Origin: Mesotaenium endlicherianum
Taxonomy: Eukaryota
Length of the DNA stretch: 64,000 bases
Direction of reading: 5' to 3'
Assembly (NCBI GenBank): GCA_009602735.1
Contig: WELA01002119.1
Coordinates: forward strand, 256,143 to 320,142
Positions 32,201 through 45,332 of the stretch are shown here, piece after piece. The position numbers and the translations under genes were made by a program. The notes below the pieces were generated by a model. That model searched no databases. It saw nothing but the letters and a program-made list of their open reading frames with translations, and had not been told where the DNA came from. Position 1 is the first letter of the stretch. The number at the start of each line of letters is the position of its first letter.

Positions 32201-35200
32201 CTCCACCGTGCGCACCTCCTCCTCCTTCTCCCTCAACTGAATGGCATGTTGCGCCTGCAGTGCCCGCATCTCATCCTCCTTCTGCTTCAACTGCTGCGCA
32301 TGCTTTGCCCGTGCTTCCAACAGCTGGGTGGCACCCCCCCGCCTGGCCTTGTCCACAACAGCCATCACCTTCTCCACCGTGCGCACCTCCTCCTCCTTCT
32401 CTCTCAATTGCATGGCATGCTTCTCCTGCAGTGCACGCATCTCCTGCTCCTTCTGCACCAACTGCTTCGCATGCATCGTCCGTGCTTCAAGTAGCTGGGT
32501 AGCACCACTCCTCCTGGCTCTATCCACGACGGAGAGTACTTTCTCCACCACAGCGATCTCCTCTTCTTTCTGCTTCAACAGGGCTGCAAGCTCCACCTGC
32601 CTAGATTTCTCCGCAGCGGAGAGCTGTGCCATCAGCTTGCGCGCCTCCTCCTCCTTCAGCTTTAACTGCTCAGAATGCTTCGCACGCGTCAACCTCAGCT
32701 CTGCAGCACCTCCCTTTCTGGCACCTTCCACGACAGAAAGCACTTTCTCCACCACAAGCATGTCCTCCTCCTTCTGCTTCAACTTAGCAGCAGCCAGCGC
32801 CTGCACCGCCTTTACTTCCGCATCCTTCTGGTCCAACTGCAACGCATGCTTGGCACGGGCTGCTTGCAGGTCAGCGGCGCTTCCCTTCCTGGCCCTCTCT
32901 ACAACAGAGAGAACCTTCTCCACCAGACGCACCTCCTCCTCCTTCTCCGTCAACTTCGCGACATACTTCTCCTGCACCGACTTCACTTCCGCATCCTTCT
33001 GGTCCAACTGCAGCGAATGTTTCGCACGGGCTGCTTGCAGGTCAGCAGCGCCACCCTTCCTGGCCCTCTCCACAACAGAGAGAACCTTCTCCACCAGGCG
33101 CACCTCATCCTCCTTCTCCGTCAACTTCGCAACGTACTTCTCCTGCACTGCCTTCACTTCCGCATCCTTCTGGTCCAACTGCAATGAATGCTTGGCACGG
33201 GCTGCTTTCAGTTGATCAGCGCCACCCTTTCTGGCTCCCTCCACAACGGAGAGCACTTTCTCCACCACGCGCATGTCCTCTTCCTTCTGCCTCAGCTGCG
33301 TGGCATACTGCGCGTGCACCGCCCGCATCTCATCCTCCTTCTGGTTCAACTGCGTGCTATGCTTGGCGAGTGCCTCCTTCAGCTGAGTTGCACTGCCCTG
33401 CCTGGCTCCCTCCACGACAGAGAGCACTTTCTCCAGCACGTGCATCTCGTCCTCCTTCTGCTTCAACTTCGAAGTGAGCTCCGCCACGTGTACATCCACC
33501 GGTTTGTCATCCATCACTGTCTTGAGCTGCTGCTGCATGCTGTGCACCTCGTCCTCCTTCTGCTTGAGCTGCGTCTCAAGCTCACTCAGTGCTGCCTTCA
33601 ATTGAACACCATCTGACTGCTTGGCTTCTTCCATAGAAGCAGAGAATTTCTCCTCCATCTCACGCATCTCTTTCTCCTTCTGCTGCAGCTGTGTGGCATG
33701 CTCAGCCAGCGTTGCCTTGAGACGTGCAATTTCAGCCTCCTTGGCCGTGTCCACAACCGCTTCGGTCGGGCCCGCCACCTTGGCTTCTTCTGCAGCAGAG
33801 AGCTGCTCCTGCATCCTGCGCGCTTCCTCCTCCTTTAGCTTGAGCTGTGCTTCAAGGTCGGCCAGCGAGGCCTTCAGCTCAGCAGCTTCTGCCTGCTTAG
33901 CCTCTTCCACGACCTTAAACTTTTCTTGCAGGTCGCGCATCTCGTTCTCCTTCTGTTGCAGCTGTGTGGTATGCTCAGCCAGCGACGCATTGAGACGTGC
34001 GTCGTCAACCACGTTACCAGAGTCAGGGGCAGACAGCTGCTCCCTCATTGCACGCATCTCCTCTTCCTTCTGCAGGAGCTGAGCAGCGTGGTCTGCCAGC
34101 GCTGCCTCTAGACGTGCAGCATCTGCCTGCTTGGCCTCTTCCATAGAGGCCAGCTGCACCTGAATCTTCTGCATCGCATCCTCCTTCTGTCTCAACTGCG
34201 TGGCATGTTCCGCCAACGCTGTCTTCAATTCAACAGTGTTTGCAGCATCTGGATTGGCGGCTTCCAATCTGGAGAGCTGCGCCTGCACTGCTCGCACCTC
34301 CTCCTCCTTCTGCCTCAACTCCGTTGCATGAAGTGCCCGCGCAGCATTCAGCTGAGAAATGCCCCCCTGCCTGGCCTTATCCACAGTAGAGAGGACTTGC
34401 TCCACTACACGCATCTCCTCCTCCTTTTGCTTCATTCGCGAGGCAAGCAGCTCCTGCACCTCCAGCACCTCTTCCTCCTTCTTCCTCAACTGCAGTAAAT
34501 GCTTCGTCCGTGCAGCTTTCAGCTGTTCAGCACCCCCTTTCCTGGCCCCTTCCACAACAGAAAGGACCTTCTCCACCACGCGCATCTCCTCCTCCTTCTC
34601 CTTCAACTGTGCGGCATGCTTCTCCTGCACGGCACGCTCCTCCTCCTCCTTCTTCTTCAACTGCATATAGTGCTTTTCCCTTGTCGCTTTCAGCTCAGCA
34701 GCAGCCCCTTGCCTGGCCCTTTCCACGACCGAAAGGACTTTCTCGACAACGAGCATGTCCTCCTCCTTCTGCTTCAACTGCGCAGCAGCCTGCTCCCGGA
34801 CGGCACGCACCTCCTCCTCCTTTTGCGTCAACTGCATTGCATGCTTGGTGCGTGCTGCCTTCAACTGATCAAGGCCCCCCTTCCTGGCCCCTTCCACAAC
34901 AGAGAGCACTTTCTCCACAACCCTCATTTCGTCGTCCTTCTCCCTCAATTGCAAGGCATGCTGCGCCTGTGCCGCCCGCTCCTCCTCCTCCTTCTTCATC
35001 ATCTGCATGTGATGCTTAGCTCGTGCTGCTTTCAACTCAGCAGCAGCCCCCTTCCTGGCCCCTTCCACGACCGAAAGTACTTTCTCCACCACACGCATCT
35101 CCTCCAACTTCTCCTTCAACTGAGCAGCATGCTGCTGCTGCACTGCACGCTCCTCCTCCTCCTTCTGCCTCAATAGCATTGAATGCTTAGCCCGCGCTGC

Positions 35201-38200
35201 TTGCAGGTCAGCAGCGCCTCCCTTCCTGGCCCTTTCCACAACAGAGAGCACCTTCTCAACCAAGCGCACTTCCTCCTCCTTCTCCGTCAACTTCCCAACA
35301 TACTTCTGCTGCACCGCCCGCACTTCCTCCTCCTTTTGCGTCAACTGCTTGTAATGTTTTTCCCGCACTGCTTTGAGCTGATCAGCGCCCCCTCTCCTAG
35401 CCCCTTCCACAACAGAGAGCACTTTTTCAACCACGCGCATCTCCTCCTCTTTTGCCCTCAACTGCGCTGCATGTTTCGCCTGCGCAGCTCGCTCCTCCTC
35501 CTCTTTCTGCTTCAATTCCGTGTAGTGCTTTGTGCGCACCGCTTTCAGCTGATCAGCACCCCCCTTCCGGGCCCCTTCCACTACAGATAGCACTTTCTCC
35601 ACCACACGCATCTCCTCCTCCTTCTGTCTCAACTGCGCAGCATGTTTCTCCTGTGCTGCTCGCTCCTCGTCCTCCTTCTGCTTCAACTGCATATGATGCT
35701 TAGTCCGCACCGCTTTCAGTTGATCTGCGCCCCCCCTCCTGGCTCCTTCCACGACAGAGAGAACCTTCTCCACCACGCGCATCTCATCCTCCTTCTCGCG
35801 CAACTGCGCAGCATGTTTTTCCTGCGTAGCACGCTCCTCATCCTCCTTCTGCTTCAACTGCTTTGAATGCTTCTCCCGAGCTGCTTTCAGCTCAGCAGAT
35901 GCAGCCTTCCTGGCCCCTTCCACAACAGAGAGCACTTTCTCCACCACCTTCATCTCCTCCTCCTTCTGCCTCAAGCGCATGGCATATTCCTCCTGCACAG
36001 CTTGCTCCGCCTGCTCTTTCTGCCTCAACTGCAATGTGTGCTTTTCACGTGCAGCTTTCAACTCAGCGGCGCTTCCCTGCCTAGCGCCTTCCACAACAGA
36101 AAGGACTTTCTCCAACACGTGCATCTCCTCCTCCTTCTGCTTGAGCGCAGTGGACTGCTCAGTAAGTACTTTCTCAAGAAGGGCATCATCGACCGTCTCG
36201 TCTTGGCGCCTCGGCGAACGAGGTGCTGCGTCTGCCTGCTCAGTCTCTCCTAGACCTGCCAGCTGCTCTTGCATTTTCTGCATCTCTTCCTCCTTCTGCT
36301 TCAGCTGCGTGGAATGCTCAGATAGAGTTGCCTTGAGACGTTCAATGTCTGCCTCCTTGGCCTCTTCCACAACGGCCAGCTGCTTTCTCAAGGACGAGCT
36401 CTCAGAAGTCAGAGCTGCCACTCGGTCTTCCAGCTGCAGATAAAGAAAAAGAAGCAGGAGCAGAGCTGATTAGCTCAGAGCACCTCCAATAATAGATGGC
36501 AAAATAACAATGCAAACTATGTCTACGACACTTGTTGAGACACACGGTACACTTTTTTACAGAGCTACACACACATGGCACTCTGCATCAGCAAAGATGC
36601 TGCTTCAGATGCGCATCCACAAGCATGCCATGTTCGACACATAGTGTATCAACATGAGGAGAATTCAACCCTATATAGCGCTACATGCCTGGCACACCTT
36701 CAGGTCTGGGCAAAACAAGATGGATATGCATGCTAAGAGAGAGAGAGAGAGAGTAGTGGTGAGTGCTGCACTGCAAGCTGAAGATGCTTGAGCATGTTTG
36801 CCAGACTACACCCTGCAGATTAATATTATACCAGAATATGCTGCAAAGACTTCTATTCACTGTTGCCTTGGAAGAAATCACAAACACATTGCACATACTA
36901 TGCACACTCCATGCACTGCCCATGCTGCATATTAGCTGACCAAAACTTGAGAATTACATTGCAGGCCCTGTCACTCAAGACAGGAGCATGGCTAGCAACG
37001 GCATAGTGCAAGTCGACCAGGAAGATAAGAAGGCTTGGAGAATCCGCAAGTGTGAAAGTGCATGTATTCTCACGTCAAATGTGAGTGCTTCCAGCTCCTC
37101 GCGGGCCCCTGTGACGTTTCCTCGTCGCGCTCTCAGATCAGCAAGGCGTTGGTTGAGCGCAGCCACTTCACTTCGCGCATCGTCACGCTCCACCTGCACG
37201 CAACCAAAGACAGATAGCAAGAGTTCAGACACCACATACGGCGCACCGAGGAACATAAAGCATCAGCGCTAACCACGAGCACAGCATCACCATGGGCCAG
37301 GGCTGAGCTACCTATCCAGACAGCAGCATGCGCATAATGACATTTGTATTCACAGAGGAGCTACGAGCATGCCTATCTTATAGCCGTATTGTGCATACGC
37401 ATACAAACATGAAGGCGCACTCATAATTCTAATAAGTGGTGAATGTGCATATAAGCACATGCATCAAAAAGCCACAAAGCCGAAGACGGATATGCGCAAG
37501 TGGCACGTAGAACTTCACGTACACAAGTAAAATTTGCACCCAGATGGCTACATCATCTCTATGGAGCAGTCTCAACAACAAGCTGACAGATGGAAAAGCC
37601 GAGACATTTGTTGGAAGACATGTAATACCTTCAGTGTTCCGGTGAAGCTAATGAGGCTCGTAACTTGTGCTGCTGCATCTGCTACTGCAGCCTGAAGCTC
37701 AGCCTCGGACTGCCATGTCAAAGAAACACAAAATTGCGAGAGCGCACACTTTTGAAGGTAAATTGCATTACCAGTAAAATAGAGCTTTGGCAAGTACAGT
37801 ATAAGTAGAGTAGTATGAACATCAGCTCTACAGGCAGGACCGAGAGACTAGAGTGCAACTCGATACACATAGCGGCGACCATCTACTGATCACTTCATAC
37901 TATGCACACACGCAAGGAAAAGACAGATGCCACTAATCCGCACAAGAGCCAGAGGAGCTCCACAGCCCTGCACACGGACTGGATGGAGGGTGAGGGGCAG
38001 GCGCATAGGTGAAGGACGCCTCCCGCAAGCACACGGTCAAGGGCAGGGACAAGAGGACACAGAAGATGAAGAAGCGGTTCTCACCCTCTTCAACTCCTTG
38101 AGCTGAGCCAGGTGCTCCTCAAGGTCTGCCTGATCCTTCTTCAGGACTGAGTTCACTCGCCTCTCCTGGACCTGAAACAGAAGAAGGGGAGGAGCAGGAG

Positions 38201-41200
38201 GGGAGGTAATCCTTAGGAGTGCTTGTATACCCTCTGCACAAAACCAAACAACCTTCCAGCATATGCATACGGCTTATTCGTGAAGGGCGTCCTGCCTATG
38301 TGACGAGAAATTTGAAGCAGCTATGGCAGCAGAGGCAGAAGCTGCAACACCCAGTGTGCAAGTCACAATCCCACCGTACAAAAAGCAAAGGGCAAGCCAG
38401 CCCAAGGGGTACAGAAGGCTGCACATCAAGGCAGTACATCAAGGGAAAAAAAAAACAAAGGGCAAAGAGTCCTCAAATGGTCTGCATATCAATCACTTGT
38501 ACCAAAGGTACTGACAGGCAATTGCGCGACTTTACTACTGGCATGCCCTGCGAGGGGTGTCTCAAGTATGACACAACATTGGCGCACATTGAACACCTAC
38601 AGACATAAGAACAACTTTGAATCATCAATCAGACATGCGCATCAGTATCAGACGAGCAATTTTAGCTCACCTTCATCTCCCTGACTGTGACAAAGCTCTT
38701 CAGCGCGTCAATAAGAGCCTGCTTGCTGCTGATGACGGGCACTCTCTCCAAGTTCCCCTCGTCGCCTTTTGCCTCGCGAAGCCTCACATGCTCATCGATC
38801 AAGGACCGAAGCTGGACCTGCAGGCAAGCAAAAGTAAGGGCACGTGAACACGAGAGAGAAAGTGTGGCGAGCCAAGTAAAGTGCAGGACGCATACTGAGC
38901 CATGGCAATGCCAACGCTGTGTGAGAACGTGAATTACTGCATACGTTGCAGAGAGCAGGTTGGGTGCAAGGGCCTGGCATGAGGTCACTGCTAGAGGAGC
39001 TTGGGAAGCAGATACATACAAAGGCAATATCGAACACATCATGGTGAGACACGCTTTAGTCACGGAAGTTGCTCATGGCAGACAAGGACCAAGCAACTGC
39101 TTCAGAGCTTGCTCCACACAGGGACACTGTATTGATTACATAACAAAGCCTCAGTGACATGTGCAGCTGCATGACTCCAGAACATGGAACTGCTGCTTGC
39201 AGTAAATGATTGTGGAGGTGCCGCCTCGGGTCAGCGGGTGAACTGCCCGTTGTGTCAGCCCCTCACTGCGGAGCAAACTGCATGATGCTAGGGCACGTGC
39301 TTACATCGAGCATGCTGGGCTCTGGGTCCTCGTCGTCGCCCTTACCGCCACCAATTTTGTCCAGGATGTCTTCGAAGAAAGTTTCAAAGCGGCGGGGAGT
39401 CTTTCCTGCACGCCACAAGGCACGATAAAGAGAGTGCTGAGTAGCTGTTGGTGCATAATACAGGAACAGCCAGAGTGATATGATAGAGCACATAGAAAAC
39501 CAGTAGGAAGGTCACGAACCGGCAGGCATCCACATGTGTGCAAGCGCGTGCACACGCAAGGCAGCAGTTCACGAGGCATTACTTCTGTGGAAGCATAAGA
39601 GACAACACAGTGCACCTTTTGCATAGAAAAGTATCATCATATGCACAAACTAATCTCGCTGTCACCGCAGGATCGACAGCAGGCTTGCGTCCAGGGACTC
39701 CATATCCATTCTCACCTTCACTGCCTCCCAAGAACTGGACGCCAAAGATGTCCGCCACCATGTTGCCTATTATGTTCCCACCTCTTCGAGGAAAGGGCAT
39801 TGCATCCTGTTTTGTTGGGACGGAAGGAGAGGGGGAGGGGAGGGGGGGCAAAGTCAAAAAGAGTGAACCCTAGAATCCTCTAAAGAAGGGCACATATCAC
39901 GCCAGCTTTTTAATAGTGAATATGTAGAGATATGCGCAATGTCAACATCTAAAGGATTTTTTGTAGGTGCAGACGGAAAGGATGTGTCCAAAGATATAAA
40001 CAATCGGAATTAAAAGCAGGAGAAAATGAGATGAATTGACACAGGGAAAAGTTGGACGCAACAAACACCCCGACAAACAACCTACATCTGGTGTTATTAA
40101 AACAAAAAAAGACACAACTTGATGGTTACAACCATGTAGATCACATGTATGATACGTATACAATGGAGGCAGGAGCCATACCACACACAATGAGTACTAA
40201 ATAATTTGTCCCCACAAACCCCGGGCGGAAAAAAATACTCAAAGAAAAGAACTCCCACAAATGGCATTAAATTCTTTTGTGAAATTAGGTGAGAACTGTG
40301 AGATAGATATGTAGAGAACACATGTAGGGCGCATAGTTCTAATTGAAGCATCACTGCTACTATTTTGCAGGAATGTGCAGCCATATTCCTGAAATAATAT
40401 AAGCTGCATCATTATACCAGAACTGTGTCTACCAAAGACATGGTATACAAGAAAACCTAAGCCTGCACATTGGTCGGCTAGTAAGTATGGCAAGACATTA
40501 CGTGAAGCAGAAGGTTCCCCAGCAGCACAGCAGAGCATCTTAAAGAGAGCACGATTCACGAAAATGCTTCTTCACTGAAGATTAGATGCTCGGAATCAAT
40601 AGACATTGCTACGAACACTAGTCTATTGATGTCATAAGTAGACTATTGCGTAGATAATGATGTCATAATCTGTGTTGATTAAAACAGCTCAACCATTCGA
40701 CAGGGTCTCAAAGAAAGGTCGCGAGTGCACAGAGGGCCCAAGATGCAATAAAGAGCTCATGCATACTATCTCATGAGCTTGTGAGAAACTGTAAACACTC
40801 ACGCTCTGGGCGCGAAGCTGAAGGCCCGATGCACCTTTGCGACCTGAAGCTGCCAGCCTGCCAGCTTGCATAATCTGCCAACCACTCGGCACATTCCAGG
40901 GTCTCAGGGAAAAGCAAGGCAAGCAATGATATTTTAAAGGCAACGTTCTCAGAAGCGTGAGCCATTCAATATAAGCATCGACAAGAATAAGAGCCAGCCA
41001 TGTAAAGTGATAACATTCATCAAAGTACGCAAATGCGTCTGAAGGGCGGTGTCTTGGCCAGAGGATGAGCTATGGCAAGTACTCAAAACTGCTCCTCGTG
41101 TGAACACGATCATGTGAGCTTCACCCCAAGAACATTTGCAATCGTGTCCAAAAGGATATTTCCACATACTAAACAACTACAAACAAGAGACGGAAAAGGC

Positions 41201-41477
41201 AGTCACACGTTGGCTGACATTGAAGTAGCACAAATGCATCGAGGACCTGATTCAAATCTAAGAAATGCACACCTGGCTCTGTACTACTCAAGACCTGATT
41301 GATTTGATAGCCACTGCACAAGGGAAGGAGGAAGGGAACAAAAATCACATGGTGATGAGTGAAGAACAGTAGCAATTAGGCTGCAAGAATTGGCGAGAAC
41401 ATATACCTGAAGCCCGAGCATGGAGCTGCGGAGGGAACCATCGCTGCGGCTATGAGCTGCTGGGCTTTCGGAGGCAT
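29279..41477 (-). CDS. Large coiled-coil tandem-repeat protein (~2020 aa, 18 exons), possible plastid transit peptide, function unknown
   Basis: Phase-consistent GT-AG exons 41477-41407, 41313-41273, 41069-41029, 40874-40803, 39806-39716, 39405-39305, 38817-38671, 38171-38085, 37709-37629, 37193-37074, 36433-31934, 31689-31564, 31393-31319, 31019-30933, 30607-30512, 30137-30033, 29653-29567, 29413-29279 (6063 nt, open throughout). First four exons are the least certain. Confidence 0.8.
32100..36130 (-). repeat. Coding tandem repeat, 171-bp/57-aa unit, in two arrays
   Basis: 19 copies (11+8) of EKVLSVVE(G/R)AR(K/R/Q)G-like motifs, mostly 57 aa apart, in the 4.5-kb exon. Confidence 0.95.
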
Positions 41478-44400
41478 GGCTCCTCCTCTTTGATCTGCGA
41501 AAGGCATCCAGGTCGCTGATCAGCAAGGAAACCACGGGGCTCGCAGGTTCTTCAGCACTGAAATTGTAGTCGTTTTGAATGTGAGCTACAATGCTCGCAG
41601 ACTCTACTTTGGGGAGACATATTTGAATGGCGAACCTACATTTGTTGACCTCACGATAAAAAAAGCCTTACAGTCTTCCTATGCGTGCAGCGGAAAGGTT
41701 ACGCTAGCCACTTCAGCGTGGTCCAAGCTGCAGATTCGAAGCTTCTTGCCGAATATGACGTCAATTCCATAGCAGAAGAAAAGTTTGCAAAGGGCTGAGA
41801 AGAGGAGGAGATGTTTCAGGTCCTTTCTTGTACCTTGTATTAATTTTTGACGCTTTGGCATTGGCGCACACTGCCCATCTTCTGTGTTGAGATGTAGGAC
41901 CTGGATACAGAGTTACACTTTCACCTAGTTAAGGACGAAAGTCCCCACTGACAGCATTACTTAATCCATAAACTCAATTACAAGTTTCATCAGCAGGGGA
42001 ACATTCAATTACAGGGAGAAGAAAGGAGGTAAAAAAAGACATTCGGATGTCGGAGACAGACACTAGGAATCATGACTGGCACATTACGTCTGCATGAGAA
42101 TTCTGAATAAGTTAAGAAGCTGACCTCGAGTGACAATATTGCTTGGCGATGTTCTGCTTGTTTCATACAAGGCTAGATCTAAGATTGGTGAACTACAAGA
42201 TGCTGCATATACAGATGCCATTACGCATGAGGGGGAAGAAATTACGGGGAAGTAAATACTCGAGCACCTAAGTTAGCCTCCTTACACAACTAGCAAAGAC
42301 CTAACACTGCTGAAGCAGGCCGTTACGAAAATTTTCGAGTTCGTTACTAGAGAAGTTGCTTTCCTCTCTTCGGCCTGGGGCCGTATTGCCTTCCTATCGA
42401 CTCTCGAGTTGTCGAACTCGATAAAATTTACGATGCGTGCACGGCAAACCGACCCTTAATTCCGATGCGTGCACTGTGAACTGGCCGGAACACTAGGTTC
42501 GACAAAGACGCTTTCCTGCGCTTGCCACTCGTTTTGAAATCCAAGATCACGTGTCGACTGTGGTCCACTCAATTTTTGCTGGTCCGGCTAAAGTTCACGA
42601 TTGCCTGGTAAGTAGAGGTTTGGCTGGAGGAAGCTATACACTCAGCCACATGTTCTTGTGACTCTAAAGTTCAAAAGGCAACAACTTCAGGGCCCAGGTA
42701 ACAATCGGCTTCCTCGGCCGAATTTCTTGTACTCGCTTGTGTTCGCCAGCATTTGCCAGTGTTCGCCAGCGTTTCGCCAGTGCTTCGCATCCATCGCTCA
42801 TATCTGGAATTTGAATTTTGAAACCTAACCCCCAGTAGGTGATGCCGGGTGGTCCGTTCGTCGCCTCGCTTTGTGACTTGTTACTTTCCCCTTTTTCCAG
42901 TTCGCTCGTGTCTGATGTGGAGTGTAGCGCTCAAGAAATGAAAAGCACAACTGAAACTGAATTCTGTCCACATCATGCTCGTGTGGAGAATGTACCCCAC
43001 TTTGGCCAGGAGTGGCCAGGAGCAAAAAAGATATTTGCAACTTTTCTTGTTGCGCCCTCGTAGCCACTCAAAGCTGCTCATAGCTGTTGTAGTCGCCCGC
43101 CCATCGTATCTCAAACGGCCGTCCAGACGCCGGTACATCTGTAGAGCAACTTGTCCAGACTACTCGCGGCGGACCCTTTTCTCGCGTCTTTGTTCGCGAT
43201 TGGGAAGTTTTAGGCTGCCAACTATGCCTTCGGGTCAACGCCTAAACTAGGTTGATGATGCAGGCAGAACCGACGCGCGATCAAGCGTATATTCACTCGT
43301 GCGACTGAGAGAAATGCAAGTCATTCAAGTACGCCTCATGCACAGTGATGTGAAAAAGCTGCACAAAGTTGTATGAAGATGCTAATATGCTCTAGCTGCG
43401 ACGAATCGAGCTCTTTCAACTCTTAAGAATCGATGGCAAAGTGCTAGGCTATAGGTTGACAAGATTGAGGAGGTTCTATGGAATTTTTTATAAACATTTG
43501 GGATGAACATGGCTTATCAAGAAGTGTTATCGTTTACTTTTCCTTGGGTCTTCAAATATCATTACCGTTAATGAGCGACGGACTTGTGTACGATCAACGC
43601 CCAAAGGTGCTGAACGTAGACGAAAAGAAGCTCGAGACTCGAAATAAGATCCTCAAGTGGTGACATACAGGGAAGACGAGCACCAAACCGAAGTACTCAA
43701 AGTTTTAAAAGGTTAAGACTGTCATAAAAGTGTTAATTTTGAAAGTTAACATTATCGCTGATATAATAGTCTGTAACACCAAAGCGCTTTGCACCTTGTG
43801 GGCCAACTTGGGCAACAATTGTCCCGCGCAAAAGAAAAACCTCAAACTTGCTTGATTGTGTGTAAGTGGCAAGTGAGGAACAGGAGTTGTTTCTAACAGC
43901 TTATCGATTGAAAACAAAAAGCATTGCTATGCTGCTTATAAGAAAACATGTATTTTGCACTTTGTAAAGACACAAATTGAGGTTCTTGTGAACAGCTGAA
44001 GCTGTCCCCAAAGGAGCTCACAAAATAAATTAAAGAAAAATAAATTCTTGCGCAGTTGTCTTGGCTGAGGAGCTCAAGGTATTAACAAGTTGACATTTTC
44101 ATGCGATTAAAAAGTTATAGAAAATACTAACTCCCAAAAGAGTGGGAAAAAATCGGCAACAAATTCACTTTTAAAATTCTACCTATTGTGATCCACTCGA
44201 GGCGGCCTTTCCGTTACACAAGTCCTTCTTTGGGCCAATTGCATTACAACTCTAGCACCTTTCAGCAGATTGAACTAGGTCTCCAACACTATATACAAAG
44301 AAGACAAGCAAAAGAGGCTCGAGGCTACCTCACACACGCAACTCCAGCATCGGCCCAATGCACCAAGTATGCAAGTCCACCACAGTCAAAATTTCCAATT

Positions 44401-45332
44401 AACAGATACACATTCCACCTTAGACTGTGGATTCACTATCCGTGCTAACATATGCTTTACTCAAATTGAAAATCCCATCACAATGGTTAATTCTACCTAA
44501 TTATAACACTATCTAAGAATTAGTGTTTTGACTTCGGTAGCGTCCTTCTCACTCAACTCTTGACCGCCGACCTACTTTGTTGTTTCAAGCCGTGCTCTTT
44601 AACACCTGGCCGACTACCATCGCCAACAAACCAATAATCCTACCACTGGATTCTTTTGATTGGCCAACCTTCAATCCAATTCACAAGGTGTGTCCTCTAG
44701 ATGCCCTTACCTCCAAGCCACGTTTGATGCTTCAATAGATTCTGACTTTTATCTACCAGCGTAATTGCTTGGCAAGCTCTAGACCTCTTTAAAATAGAAT
44801 CTTAGCAAGTTACTCCTTACTTACAAGTCTCTTTGTAAGTGCACCAAGTCCTAGTCCAAGCGACTCTATAGCCGCGTTGTTGTCTTACATTCACCTCGAA
44901 CCTGTAATGAATCAGTATATGAAGTAGATATAAAATTCATTTAAATATGATAGTTAAATAAGTTCAGCCTGTTTTAGTTAACAATAAGTCTGCTACATTT
45001 CTAACACTTAGTTTAATGACTTAGCCGGGAGCAGCAGGCTAAAGTCCATTAGGTCAGCCTGTTGACTTAGGTCAGCTTGCTGACAAATTCTTTGACAGTC
45101 AGCTGACTGCCGTACTCGATACCAACGTACTGCTTACTTATGCATCTAAGTGTGGTGTGCTAGATTAGTGGCCAAATGACACCCCTTGGGTAGATGGCAA
45201 TTCGGGATGATGGGAGATGGCAGTGGATTTGGTTAGCCGAAGTCCTACCAATGTGGTTAACTCCCAGGTAGGCGGTGCCATCGCACTTGCCATTGAACAG
45301 TAAACTCATTCCATGTACGTGTGCTAGGTATT

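Noticed and set aside
32100..36130. Regular repeats as a CRISPR-like or satellite array
   Set aside because: Repeats lie in one open 1500-codon exon with third-position variation; no repeat-spacer structure
31881..36443. Many plus-strand ORFs over the repeat exon
   Set aside because: Antisense shadows of the coding strand
43250..43310. Possible C/D-box snoRNA (TGATGA..CTGA)
   Set aside because: Short, no terminal stem and no recognisable rRNA guide
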